From assembly GCA_963611905.1 (NCBI GenBank), contig CAVDTI010000109.1, positions 1 to 38,158 on the forward strand: a stretch of DNA of 38,158 nt, given 5' to 3'. This DNA is from Faecalibacterium prausnitzii (GTDB lineage Bacteria; Bacillota_I; Bacilli_A; RFN20; CAG-826). Positions within the stretch are counted from its first letter, which is position 1, and each line of letters opens with the position of its first letter. A program made the position numbers and the translations under genes. Below, in pieces: positions 1 to 8,753 of this stretch. The notes below the pieces were generated by a model. That model was not told where the DNA came from, did not search any database, and saw only the letters and a program-made list of their open reading frames with translations.

Positions 1-80
1 GAACAAACAACGATAATTGGAAGCTTTGGAATATAGGGAGTCTCTAAGTATAATTACATTAAGATGAGGAGAAAGAAAAA

Positions 81-614
81 ATGAACCCATGGAAAGATAT
101 CGACGATAGCAGAGTATCGCCAGACGAATTTATTGCCTATATTGAAATCTCTAAAGGCAGCAAAAACAAATACGAATTAGACAAAGAAACAGGATTGTTA
201 AGATTAGATAGAATTTTATATACTTCAACACAATATCCACATAACTATGGATTTATTCCTAAAACATATGCAGAAGACCACGATCCTCTTGATGTTTTGT
301 TAATTACATCAGAGCCAATCATCCCAATGACTCTTGTGAAAGGAAAGCCAATTGGCATGATCGATATGGTCGACCAAGGTTTGCCTGATGCTAAAATTCT
401 AGCAGTATGTCCAGATGATCCTTTCTATAAAAACTTCGATGACATTAAAGACCTTCCTGAGCACATCGTTCAAGAAATCACTTATTTCTTTGAAACCTAC
501 AAAGTTCTCGAAGGAAAGGAGACTCGCGTCCCTGGTCTTAAAGACAGAGAGACGGCAAAGAAAGTCATACAAGAAGCAATCGAGCGTTATAAGCAAAAAT
601 TTCCTAACAACTAA
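81..614 (+). CDS. ppa: Family I soluble inorganic pyrophosphatase
   Basis: 177-aa ORF with the typical KNKYELDKETG...LDRILYTS..YPHNYGFIP...DHDPLDVLL motifs. SD-like GAGGAG lies upstream. Confidence 0.95.
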   Translation: MNPWKDIDDSRVSPDEFIAYIEISKGSKNKYELDKETGLLRLDRILYTSTQYPHNYGFIPKTYAEDHDPLDVLLITSEPIIPMTLVKGKPIGMIDMVDQGLPDAKILAVCPDDPFYKNFDDIKDLPEHIVQEITYFFETYKVLEGKETRVPGLKDRETAKKVIQEAIERYKQKFPNN

Positions 615-1507
615 TCGTTAGAAAGAAGCCATTCGCCAATTTCTTTAAGATACTCCTCGTTTTTCTCAAAGTAAGTCATATGTCTTGCTGGAGAAAAAGC
701 GAGGATTTTCTTTTTCTTTGAACCAAGAGATTCGTACATCAACTCATTTTGCTTTTTACTAGATTCATCTAACGAGCCATAACAAACTAAAGCGGGCACG
801 TTAATTGTTTTTAAAAATGGCGTTGTTTCATAATCCCTTAAATTGCCTAAAGGAGTAAATTCACTTGGCCCCCATGCCGTTAGATATGCAACATCTCCCC
901 TTACCTTCTTTCTTCTTAGACATTCTGGAAGAGAAGGATCATCAGGCGAAAAATCTGATACGGTCATTCTCATATATCTATCCAATGTAGATAAAAATTC
1001 AGGCGAAAGATAATCTCCACTGCTTTCGGCCTTAGAAATTACATCTTGATCTTCTTGGCTAATCTTCTTAATCAAACGATGAGTTTCTTCTCTCCATAGC
1101 TTTGCACTAGACAATGTAGATGAAAGAATAATTGATAAAACATCGTCTCTCTTTGTTTGTAGCATAAACAATTGCAGCAACATCCCTCCCCATGAATGTC
1201 CTAAAAGATGAAATGAATGGATATTTAAGTAAGTTAGAAGATTTTCTAACTCTTCAATCCAAAAATCTTTATTATAAATTTCAGGATGTTCATCCGGTCT
1301 AGAGGAAAGCCCGCAACCAATTTGATCATAATAAATAAGCGGGCGATCTTGCATTTCTGCTATAGGAGAAATCAATTCCATCGAATTGTGAGTTGAACCA
1401 GGCCCACCATGTAAAAGAACCAATGGATTTTTCTTTCCTTCTGGATTCACGATTTTTACGTATGTTTTGTAACCTTTGAATGGTATAAATAATTCTTTTT
1501 CCTGCAT
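611..1507 (-). CDS. Alpha/beta hydrolase, proline iminopeptidase family
   Basis: 298 aa with the oxyanion-region motif LLHGGPGS and the nucleophile elbow GHSWGG. Length and layout fit prolyl aminopeptidase-type hydrolases. Confidence 0.8.
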   Translation of the reverse strand: MQEKELFIPFKGYKTYVKIVNPEGKKNPLVLLHGGPGSTHNSMELISPIAEMQDRPLIYYDQIGCGLSSRPDEHPEIYNKDFWIEELENLLTYLNIHSFHLLGHSWGGMLLQLFMLQTKRDDVLSIILSSTLSSAKLWREETHRLIKKISQEDQDVISKAESSGDYLSPEFLSTLDRYMRMTVSDFSPDDPSLPECLRRKKVRGDVAYLTAWGPSEFTPLGNLRDYETTPFLKTINVPALVCYGSLDESSKKQNELMYESLGSKKKKILAFSPARHMTYFEKNEEYLKEIGEWLLSND

Positions 1508-1617
1508 ATTTAGTATTGTAAGACATTCATTGCAAAAACCTTTAAATAATATTTAGTTCTTTCATTTTAAATAATATCTACTATTATGAACTAGGTAGAA
1601 AAAGGAATTTAACTATT

Positions 1618-2559
1618 ATGAGCATTAAAATTGTTGGCGATTCTACGATGGACTTATCAAAAGACCTCCAAGAAAAATTAGGAGTTTTTTGCGTTCCATT
1701 CACCATCGAATTTGGCGGAGAAACGAAGAAAGACGGTACTTTCCCAAACGAAGAGATGTTTGAATATAACAAAACGCATAAAGAAATTTGTAGATCAAGC
1801 GCTGTAAACGTTGGCGAGGCGGAAGAATTTTTCAAAGAACAAATGAAAGATGGAGATGATTTAATTTATTTCTCCATTTCCTCAAAACTTTCATCTGGTT
1901 ATCAAAACGCTTCTATCGCAAAAGATGATAATGAACATATATACGTTTTTGATTCCCAATCCGCATCATTAGGGATTGCTTTACAAGCTTTAAAAGCTAA
2001 GGAAATGGCCGAAGAAGGCAAAAGCATGAAAGAAATTGTCGATGTTCTTGAACAATATCGTCATAATACAAACGTTTCTCTTATCGTTGATGATTTGTCT
2101 TTCTTTGCAAAAGGAGGAAGAATTTCTAAAGCGTCCGCTCTTGGTGCAGGACTTTTAAAATTCCACCCAATTCTTACCATGCGTGATGGTTGTTTTTCTG
2201 TAACCAAGAAACTCGTAGGTAAGATTCAAAAATTAGGTGCAAAATACGCAGACACCATTCTTGAAGGATATGATGATATAGATTATTCACTTGCCTTAGT
2301 TGGATACACCTCGGAAAAAGACTCAACAGTTGATGACATAGTTAATGAACTAAAAGCAAAAGGATTTAAGAAAGTTATAGAAACAAAAACAAATTCCACT
2401 AATGCCGTTCATTCTGGACCAAACACATATGGAATAGCGTATATTTCTTCAATGAAACCAGGGAAATATCGTTTCTTCCTTGGTCAATTAAGCGATCATT
2501 TAAACGAATCTGCAGCTAAAAAAGCAATTGAAAAAGAACTCATTAAATATAAACAATAA
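1618..2559 (+). CDS. DegV family fatty-acid-binding protein
   Basis: 313 aa. The N-terminus IKIVGDSTMDL and overall layout are typical of DegV/EDD-fold proteins. SD-like AAAGGAA lies upstream. There is a short extra C-terminal tail. Confidence 0.85.
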   Translation: MSIKIVGDSTMDLSKDLQEKLGVFCVPFTIEFGGETKKDGTFPNEEMFEYNKTHKEICRSSAVNVGEAEEFFKEQMKDGDDLIYFSISSKLSSGYQNASIAKDDNEHIYVFDSQSASLGIALQALKAKEMAEEGKSMKEIVDVLEQYRHNTNVSLIVDDLSFFAKGGRISKASALGAGLLKFHPILTMRDGCFSVTKKLVGKIQKLGAKYADTILEGYDDIDYSLALVGYTSEKDSTVDDIVNELKAKGFKKVIETKTNSTNAVHSGPNTYGIAYISSMKPGKYRFFLGQLSDHLNESAAKKAIEKELIKYKQ

Positions 2560-2560
2560 T

Positions 2561-3457
2561 TTATTTAACGATAGAAGAAACAATACTGTTGTAATAACCC
2601 ATCAACAATTCTAAGAAGTTATTGTTGTAGAACATTTTTCCGATGGTGTAAATCGAATCATCGGATAAAAATAGCATTTGATCAAGCCAATTGTAAATTG
2701 GAGTGTAGCTGCTCAAAGAAACCAACAAGGCAGAAAGCAAGGAAACATCGATAAATCCAATGACTATGCCTAATATTCCACCTAACAGTCTATTCATCGG
2801 TCCGATAACCTTCCATTTATTGATAGCTTTCCCTACAATTTTTGCGATTAATAAGACAATCAAACCTACCGCAAAGATTGCAACAAAACCTATAGCAACA
2901 AAGGTTAAGGACGCCAAAGAACATGATAGGTAATATCCTAAAGATTGGCTTACCCCACTTTCAGGAACGGCGTTGATAACGAAATTACCAACAAACCCTT
3001 TTAAGAAAGAAGGAATGCCGACAGAATTAAGGGCTGTCTCCAATACCGTTAAATCACTTCCAGGAAGAACTGTATTTAAATCATCACGAGTAATAATCCA
3101 TTCCATGGCATTTGTGGAGCCAAATCTGATTTGCACAGCCAATTGAAGAGCGCTATCACCAGATCCAACTGGATTATTCGCTCCTTTTTCCAACAAGAAA
3201 GATAAAAAATTGCTTTGAACTGTATCTCCCCAACCATTTAAAGAATAAATCCAAGTTCCAATCGGTTTTGCCAATAAGTAAGCCAAGAAAAAAACAATAA
3301 TTAAGCCAAAGAGTTTAATTAAGGTATAGACAAATCCCTTACGAATTCCACGAATAAATGCAAACAAAACAATCACGCCGAATGCCAACGATATCCAATC
3401 GAAGCGATAAGTTTGCGAAGATGTAGGAAGAATGTTCATCAAGTAATTCATACTCAA
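2561..3457 (-). CDS. CvpA-family membrane protein with an inserted extracytoplasmic segment
   Basis: The N-terminus FDWISLAFGVIVLFAFIRGIRKGFV... resembles CvpA, with multiple TM helices. The track start at 3457 is TTG; an ATG at 3451 (MNYLMN...) is an equally plausible start. Confidence 0.6.
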   Translation of the reverse strand: MSMNYLMNILPTSSQTYRFDWISLAFGVIVLFAFIRGIRKGFVYTLIKLFGLIIVFFLAYLLAKPIGTWIYSLNGWGDTVQSNFLSFLLEKGANNPVGSGDSALQLAVQIRFGSTNAMEWIITRDDLNTVLPGSDLTVLETALNSVGIPSFLKGFVGNFVINAVPESGVSQSLGYYLSCSLASLTFVAIGFVAIFAVGLIVLLIAKIVGKAINKWKVIGPMNRLLGGILGIVIGFIDVSLLSALLVSLSSYTPIYNWLDQMLFLSDDSIYTIGKMFYNNNFLELLMGYYNSIVSSIVK

Positions 3458-3475
3458 TTATTTAACGACATTTTT

Positions 3476-3508
3476 TGCAAAAAGAAAAGGCTAGGAATGC
3501 CCTAGCCC
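3476..3508 (-). terminator. Rho-independent terminator after the GPH transporter gene
   Basis: On the minus strand GGCTAGG-GCATT-CCTAGCC is followed by TTTTCTTTTT. Confidence 0.75.
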
Positions 3509-3523
3509 TAGGAGGAATTTAAG

Positions 3524-5155
3524 TTAAGCGGTTACTTGTTGAACCTTATCTTCCGCTTGAATATTTTTCTCGTTACGTTTTGCAAGTTCTTCAACCATCA
3601 TCTTCTCTTCTTCTTCAGTGATATGATAGCCAAATTTCATAATCAAATATGAGCCAAGGAACATGGCAATTGTTAAACCAATAATGATGATTCCAAAAAT
3701 TAACAAATTCGCTTTTCCGTCAGCAAAAAGCCCATCGATTTGAGAATTGATGTCACTATTTACTTGTTCTCTAACCGCTTGAGTTGCACCTTCTGGATTG
3801 GAATTAATTGTGGCTTCCGCTTCACCAATAAGTTGGAATATCCCATAAAATCCGCCTGCAAAATAAGCGAAATATCTAATGCCAAGATTTAGCCCTGAAC
3901 CGAGCTTAACATCAAGAGGACGCCAAGCAAAGCAAATCGATTCCTTCCTTTCGCCAAACTTGTATTCGTTATAATCGATAGCATCTTGGAACATAACAAT
4001 CAAAGCGAGATAGAACAAACCAGACGCAGCAAAGAAAATGAACGCAAATATATAGAGAATGATATTTTGCCATCCAACTATATTTGAGGAATTCAAAATC
4101 GGATAACGCCCACTCATAGGGAACCCCAAGAAGAAGAAAGCGAGATAGAAGACGGCAATCAAAACAACCGAGAATAGGAGAATTTGTTTCTTGCTTAGTT
4201 TCTTGGAAATTATTGGATAGAAGGCCTGGGCAGCAATTGTTCCAACAATATAGAAAACAGAAATTGCGGTAGCTATATTTGCTCCATTTGGATAACCATA
4301 AACGAAATAATAGTAATTTGTTCCTACACCAGTAAGAAGACCTTCGGCCGCATAGCAAAGGAACATTGCAATTGCTGCTGCTCTAAGCTCTTTGTTCTTA
4401 ATGACAACCTTGAATAAGTCAAGAATATGAGATTGTTCCGAAACTTCTTCTTGCTTAGGGTCTCTCTTCTTCTCCTTACAAAGAAAGAAAACTAGCGTTT
4501 GAGTTATTAAGAATATCGAAGCAAGTCCAATTGAAGACCAGAGGAACACTTCTTTATATGTTCCTAAATTTCCAGGCCCCAACGTTAAAAGAGCAAAGGA
4601 AATAAATGTGCCAATTGAAGCGGCAATTGTCATCGAAGTAGAGATTTTACCTCTTGTTTTTGCATCATTAGTCAAGGAAGGTAACATTGACCAATAACCA
4701 ATATCGTTCATGGTAAACATTAAATCCCATATGAAATACATGACAATCATGAATGCGACAAATCCCCAACCATGAACTAAGCCAAGCGAAGGAATTACAA
4801 ACATCAGCATTACAGTAATGGCATTTCCGATTGCGCCAATTTCAATCCAAGGACGGAACTTGCCTAGTTTGAATCTAAATTTCTCAATAATGAAACCCAT
4901 GATCGGGTCGTTAATTCCATCCCAAATAAGCGCGATCATCAAAGCGATTGTAATTACACCATATTGAGCTTTAAACGCATCGCCAGTATCTAAAACGCCT
5001 GATGCAAGCGCATATTGGGTAAGAAACGTTCCCACCAATTGATAACAAGCATCACGAAAGATACCAGACCATGGAAAAAGTATCCTTGTAAGTTTAGGAA
5101 CCCTATCACCTTCGTAAGTTCCATTATCAATCATTTTTTGGAATAATTTGCCCAT
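3524..5155 (-). CDS. Glycoside-pentoside-hexuronide (GPH) family sugar:cation symporter (MFS)
   Basis: 543 aa and polytopic. It has the GPH signature region NDPIMGFIIEKFRFKLGKFRPW. SD GGGAGG lies upstream. There is an extra C-terminal TM helix plus a charged tail. Confidence 0.8.
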   Translation of the reverse strand: MGKLFQKMIDNGTYEGDRVPKLTRILFPWSGIFRDACYQLVGTFLTQYALASGVLDTGDAFKAQYGVITIALMIALIWDGINDPIMGFIIEKFRFKLGKFRPWIEIGAIGNAITVMLMFVIPSLGLVHGWGFVAFMIVMYFIWDLMFTMNDIGYWSMLPSLTNDAKTRGKISTSMTIAASIGTFISFALLTLGPGNLGTYKEVFLWSSIGLASIFLITQTLVFFLCKEKKRDPKQEEVSEQSHILDLFKVVIKNKELRAAAIAMFLCYAAEGLLTGVGTNYYYFVYGYPNGANIATAISVFYIVGTIAAQAFYPIISKKLSKKQILLFSVVLIAVFYLAFFFLGFPMSGRYPILNSSNIVGWQNIILYIFAFIFFAASGLFYLALIVMFQDAIDYNEYKFGERKESICFAWRPLDVKLGSGLNLGIRYFAYFAGGFYGIFQLIGEAEATINSNPEGATQAVREQVNSDINSQIDGLFADGKANLLIFGIIIIGLTIAMFLGSYLIMKFGYHITEEEEKMMVEELAKRNEKNIQAEDKVQQVTA

Positions 5156-5187
5156 AAAGAGCCTCCCTATGTTCTAAAAGCATCTTC

Positions 5188-5216
5188 ATTATAATTAGAA
5201 AGCGCTTACATGTAAC
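5188..5216 (-). promoter_or_regulatory. Candidate sigma-70 promoter (GTTACA-N17-TATAAT) with a cre-like operator in the spacer
   Basis: The minus strand reads ATGTAAGCGCTTTCT (5197-5211), matching WTGNAANCGNWNNCW at every constrained position. TATAAT is at 5188-5193, about 33 nt upstream of the transporter ATG. Confidence 0.5.
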
Positions 5217-5338
5217 CACTTATTTTTTAAGCATCTTAATTAAACAAAACGAATTCTAGCAATAATTGACAATTTATCATTTTTTTGTAACATTTGTAAT
5301 TTTTTAAAGTTTTTAATTAATTAAACAATAGTTTTTTG

Positions 5339-5344
5339 TATAAT
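5339..5344 (+). promoter_or_regulatory. Candidate -10 box (TATAAT) six nt upstream of the DUF1538 ATG, a leaderless geometry
   Basis: TATAAT-gacttt-ATG with no Shine-Dalgarno sequence. The -35 region is weak (TTAATT/ATTAAT). Confidence 0.4.
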
Positions 5345-5350
5345 GACTTT

Positions 5351-6907
5351 ATGATAAAAAATTTGCTCGATAAACTTAAAGAATCATGTTTCTCTGTTCT
5401 TCCTGTAACAGCAATAGTCTTGATTCTATTTTTCACTCCACTTCTTGATCTTTCAGCAAAGGAGATACTTATTTTTAGCGTCTCGGCAATATTCTTGATA
5501 ATCGGTATTGCTCTCTTCAATGTTGGCGCAGAAATGGCCATGTCTCCGATGGGGGAACAAATAGGTTCATCGCTTATCAAATCAAAGAAAATCAAATTAG
5601 CACTTCTTATCATCTTTTTAATGGGCGTTCTTATCACTATCGCCGAACCTGATTTATCAGTCTTGGCAAACCAAGTTAAAGGTGTTCTTAATGGAACAGT
5701 TTTGATTGTCATGGTTGGTGTTGGCGTTGGCTTGTTCCTAGCGGTTGCAATTTTAAAAATCCTCTTCAAAATCGACCTATCTTACATTTTGATGTTCCTT
5801 TACATGGTTCTTTTTGCACTTGCTTGTTTAGCAATGCTTAGCCCTGAAGGAACAAAGTTCATGGGCCTTGCATTTGACTCTGGCGGAGTTACAACAGGTC
5901 CAATTACCGTTCCATTCATCATGGCGTTAGGACTTGGCGTTGCTCAAACTATTGGTGGTCGTCAAGCAAAGGAAAACTCCTTCGGTCTTGTCGCTTTATG
6001 TTCAATTGGACCTATTTTAGTCGTTCTTGTTTTGAGTATGACAATCACTGGCAATATGAACTATGAATTGCCATCAAGCTACACAGTTCCTGAAAATATT
6101 TGGGTTTATATTGGGCAAACAATGTATGGAAGTCTTAAAGAAGTAGGCCTTGCTTTAGGTTTAATCACAGTTTGCTTCCTTATCATCGAATTGATCTTTA
6201 TCAGACTTCCATTCAAACAACTTCTTCACATTTTTGCTGGTTTAATTTTCACATTGGTTGGCTTAGTCGTTTTCCTTACTGCTGCAACAGTTGGCTTCAT
6301 GCCTGTTGGCTATGCGATCGGAAATTGCCTTGCCAAAGCTGGTGCTCCATGGCTTATTGCAATAGGTTTCATTCTGGGATTCATTGTTGTTTTGGCTGAA
6401 CCTGCAATCCACGTTTTAACAAAGCAAGTCGAAGAGGTCACAATGGGCGGAGTATCAAAGAAATCGATGTTACTAGCCTTATGTATTGGCGTTGGCATCT
6501 CTATTGGTTTGTCAATGGTCCGTATCGTTTTTAATTTCTCTATTCTTTACTATTTAGTCCCTGGATATTTGCTTTCCTTGATGTTGTCTTTCTTTGTCCC
6601 AAAAGTATATACATCAATCGCTTTCGACTCAGGCGGAGTTGCCTCAGGTCCACTTACATCATCTTTCATTTTACCTATGGCTATTGGCGCATGCGTTATG
6701 ATGGCTGGAGGAGACGCAACAACTGAAGCAGCAAAAGCAACCATTCTCCAAGATGGTTTTGGCGTTGTCGCAATGGTTGCTATGACTCCACTTATCGCTA
6801 TTCAAGCACTCGGTTTCAAAGCCGTTATTCAAAATAAACTTCGTGAACGTTCTAGAGCCAAACGTGTTCTTAGCGCGGATGATGAAGAAATTATCATTTT
6901 TAAATAG
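5351..6907 (+). CDS. Duplicated DUF1538-family integral membrane protein (putative permease)
   Basis: Polytopic protein with an internal duplication visible by eye: IAEPDLSVLANQV...AFDSGGVTTGPITVPFIMALGLG versus LAEPAIHVLTKQV...AFDSGGVASGPLTSSFILPMAIG. The track start at 5336 is TTG; the ATG at 5351 is preferred. Confidence 0.75.
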   Translation: MIKNLLDKLKESCFSVLPVTAIVLILFFTPLLDLSAKEILIFSVSAIFLIIGIALFNVGAEMAMSPMGEQIGSSLIKSKKIKLALLIIFLMGVLITIAEPDLSVLANQVKGVLNGTVLIVMVGVGVGLFLAVAILKILFKIDLSYILMFLYMVLFALACLAMLSPEGTKFMGLAFDSGGVTTGPITVPFIMALGLGVAQTIGGRQAKENSFGLVALCSIGPILVVLVLSMTITGNMNYELPSSYTVPENIWVYIGQTMYGSLKEVGLALGLITVCFLIIELIFIRLPFKQLLHIFAGLIFTLVGLVVFLTAATVGFMPVGYAIGNCLAKAGAPWLIAIGFILGFIVVLAEPAIHVLTKQVEEVTMGGVSKKSMLLALCIGVGISIGLSMVRIVFNFSILYYLVPGYLLSLMLSFFVPKVYTSIAFDSGGVASGPLTSSFILPMAIGACVMMAGGDATTEAAKATILQDGFGVVAMVAMTPLIAIQALGFKAVIQNKLRERSRAKRVLSADDEEIIIFK

Positions 6908-6919
6908 AGGACATCTTTT

Positions 6920-7459
6920 ATGAACGAAGGCAAAAAAATAAAAGTCATCAAACAAAGACACGAAGAACTAAAAGATAAAAAGATTGAAGAACTTAAAGGC
7001 AAGGCTGAAGAGTTCAAGGAAAGACGTGAAGAAAAACGTGCGGAAATAAAAGAAAAGCTTCCTACAAACGTTTTGAAAGAAGCGGTTAAAGAGAATAAAT
7101 CAGCTCCTCTTGCTGCGCCTAAGAAGCTTAAAGCATTGTTCACCATCGTCCCAAGAAATAAAGCAGAATTCTATCTCGATATTCTTGAAGGATATGAGGT
7201 TAATATGCAAATGGTACTTTTTGGAACAGGTACCCTTCCAAAAGAGCTTGCAGTTGCTATTCACAGTAACACCGATAAAGCCGTAATCATAAGTGTGGTC
7301 AAAGAAGAGCACGTAAAGTCAATTATGAATGCATATGAAGATAAATATTTTAAATTAAGAAATGGTCAAGGCATTGCTTTCACGATTCCATTCTCAAGCA
7401 TGATCGGAAAAACGTCTTATCAGTTCTTAGCCAATATGGAGGGCAAAGGAAATGAGTGA
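6920..7459 (+). CDS. Divergent PII-like protein with a roughly 70-aa Lys/Glu-rich N-terminal extension
   Basis: 179 aa. The C-terminal roughly 105 aa (LFTIVPRNKAEFYLDILEGYEVNM...GIAFTIPFSS) have a PII/ferredoxin-like beta-alpha-beta pattern. SD AGAGGA lies upstream. It overlaps the next gene by 8 nt. Confidence 0.5.
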   Translation: MNEGKKIKVIKQRHEELKDKKIEELKGKAEEFKERREEKRAEIKEKLPTNVLKEAVKENKSAPLAAPKKLKALFTIVPRNKAEFYLDILEGYEVNMQMVLFGTGTLPKELAVAIHSNTDKAVIISVVKEEHVKSIMNAYEDKYFKLRNGQGIAFTIPFSSMIGKTSYQFLANMEGKGNE

Positions 7460-7817
7460 CAAATTTGAATTAATCGTCTGTATCGTAAACTCTGGATTCT
7501 CTGATTCAGTAATGGATGCAGCCCGTGAAGAAGGAGCCAGAGGCGGAACAAAAATAAACGCTCGTGGCACAGCTAGACAAGAAGCCGAAGCAGCCTTTGG
7601 CATTTCCATCCACCCGGAAAAAGAAATCGTTCTTATTTTAGTTACGGAAGACATCCGCGATGGAATTCTCCATGCTATATATAAGAAGGCAGGCCTCAAT
7701 TCCCCTGCTCAAGCAATTGCCTTCTCTTTACCTGTTGATGAAACAGTCGGACTCGGCAATAAATCCGCTCTTCTAGATGCGGTCAAAGAAGAAAACAAAG
7801 AAACACCTAAAGAATAA
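7452..7817 (+). CDS. P-II family regulator-like protein (the type associated with DUF1538 genes)
   Basis: 121 aa. ELIVCIVNSGFSDSVMDAAREEGARGGTKINARGT...KEIVLILV matches the PII-like proteins usually encoded next to DUF1538 genes. Confidence 0.65.
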   Translation: MSDKFELIVCIVNSGFSDSVMDAAREEGARGGTKINARGTARQEAEAAFGISIHPEKEIVLILVTEDIRDGILHAIYKKAGLNSPAQAIAFSLPVDETVGLGNKSALLDAVKEENKETPKE

Positions 7818-8617
7818 TGCGTCTAGATCTTTTCTTAGCGGCAAAAGGCTACGCAGAAACTCGTAGTAAGGCCTCTCAGTTAATCAAAAACGGTAAAATC
7901 AAAGTCAATAACAAGATAGTCACTAAGAACGGCTATGAAGTTGATGATAAAGACAACGTGGAAATGCTCGAAAATAATGTTCTCGAGTTTGTTTCGCGTG
8001 GTGGGCATAAACTTGCTAAAGCATTACAAGTCTTTAATATAGATTTAAAAAACAAAGTCGTATGCGACATTGGCTCCTCAACCGGCGGTTTTACCGATTG
8101 CTCACTTAAAAATGGTGCGGAAAAAGTCTACGCAATCGATGTAGGCACGTCTCAGCTCCACGTAACTCTAAGAAACAACCCTAAAGTCATAGTGATGGAA
8201 AATACCAACTTCAAAGTCGTTACACCATCTTCCTTTAAAGAGAAAATAGACTATTACGTTTGTGATGTTTCATTCATCTCAATTAGAGCAATTATTGATA
8301 CATTAATTGGTTTCAAAGAAAACTTTGATCTTATATGTTTATTCAAACCTCAATTTGAAGTAGGTCCAGCAAAATTAAATAGCAATGGTGTCGTTAAAAA
8401 GAAAGAATTCCTAAACGAAGCATTATCTTCTTTTCTCTATTACATAAAGAAAAACAATCTCCATGTTTTAGGTTCCTCCTATTCTCCAATTCTTGGTAAC
8501 AAAGAAGGAAACATTGAATTCCTTTTCCATATTTCCACGCAAGGAAAAGATGGAAATATTGATACAAATTCATTAATAGAAGACGCATACAAGCACTTGA
8601 AAAATGTAACAAAATAA
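7817..8617 (+). CDS. tlyA: TlyA-family rRNA (cytidine-2'-O)-methyltransferase
   Basis: 266 aa with an N-terminal S4 domain (MRLDLFLAAKGYAETRSKASQLIKNGKIKVN) and an FtsJ-type methyltransferase motif (DIGSSTGGFTDC). The start overlaps the previous stop (TAATG). Confidence 0.9.
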   Translation: MRLDLFLAAKGYAETRSKASQLIKNGKIKVNNKIVTKNGYEVDDKDNVEMLENNVLEFVSRGGHKLAKALQVFNIDLKNKVVCDIGSSTGGFTDCSLKNGAEKVYAIDVGTSQLHVTLRNNPKVIVMENTNFKVVTPSSFKEKIDYYVCDVSFISIRAIIDTLIGFKENFDLICLFKPQFEVGPAKLNSNGVVKKKEFLNEALSSFLYYIKKNNLHVLGSSYSPILGNKEGNIEFLFHISTQGKDGNIDTNSLIEDAYKHLKNVTK

Positions 8618-8652
8618 TAAAAGAAGGCACTTTTACCGCCTAAAATCCGATT

Positions 8653-8675
8653 TTTACATTTCTGTTACATTTCTT
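8653..8675 (+). promoter_or_regulatory. Pho-box-like tandem direct repeat upstream of pstS
   Basis: TTACATTTCTG and TTACATTTCTT are adjacent 11-bp repeats. This gives TT(T)ACA-N5-(G)TTACA, like Firmicute PhoP sites (TTAACA-like hexamers at 11-bp periodicity), about 80-100 nt upstream of the pstS ATG. Confidence 0.5.
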
Positions 8676-8753
8676 TTTCTCTTCCTTGATAGTTACTTTT
8701 TTCTCTTTAAGACAAACTTTAACCGTACAAAAAAGAAAGAAAAGAGAAAAAAC

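Noticed and set aside
5337-5344. Extended -10 (TGnTATAAT) for the DUF1538 promoter
   Set aside because: The TG directly abuts TATAAT (TGTATAAT) and so is one position off the extended -10 register. Only the plain TATAAT box is claimed.
5317-7146. Antisense or shadow ORFs opposite real genes (5317-5769, 6310-6498, 6550-6744, 6671-6961, 6829-7146; also 3969-4358, 10917-11228, 13794-14264 and 21238-21459 elsewhere)
   Set aside because: They sit fully inside longer ORFs that have clear family signatures on the other strand or in another frame. Their composition is low-complexity or atypical, and they lack SDs. They are typical shadow ORFs.
7817-8617. TlyA as a haemolysin or virulence factor
   Set aside because: The S4 plus FtsJ methyltransferase architecture indicates an rRNA 2'-O-methyltransferase. 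The haemolysin label is historical, and nothing here supports a toxin role.
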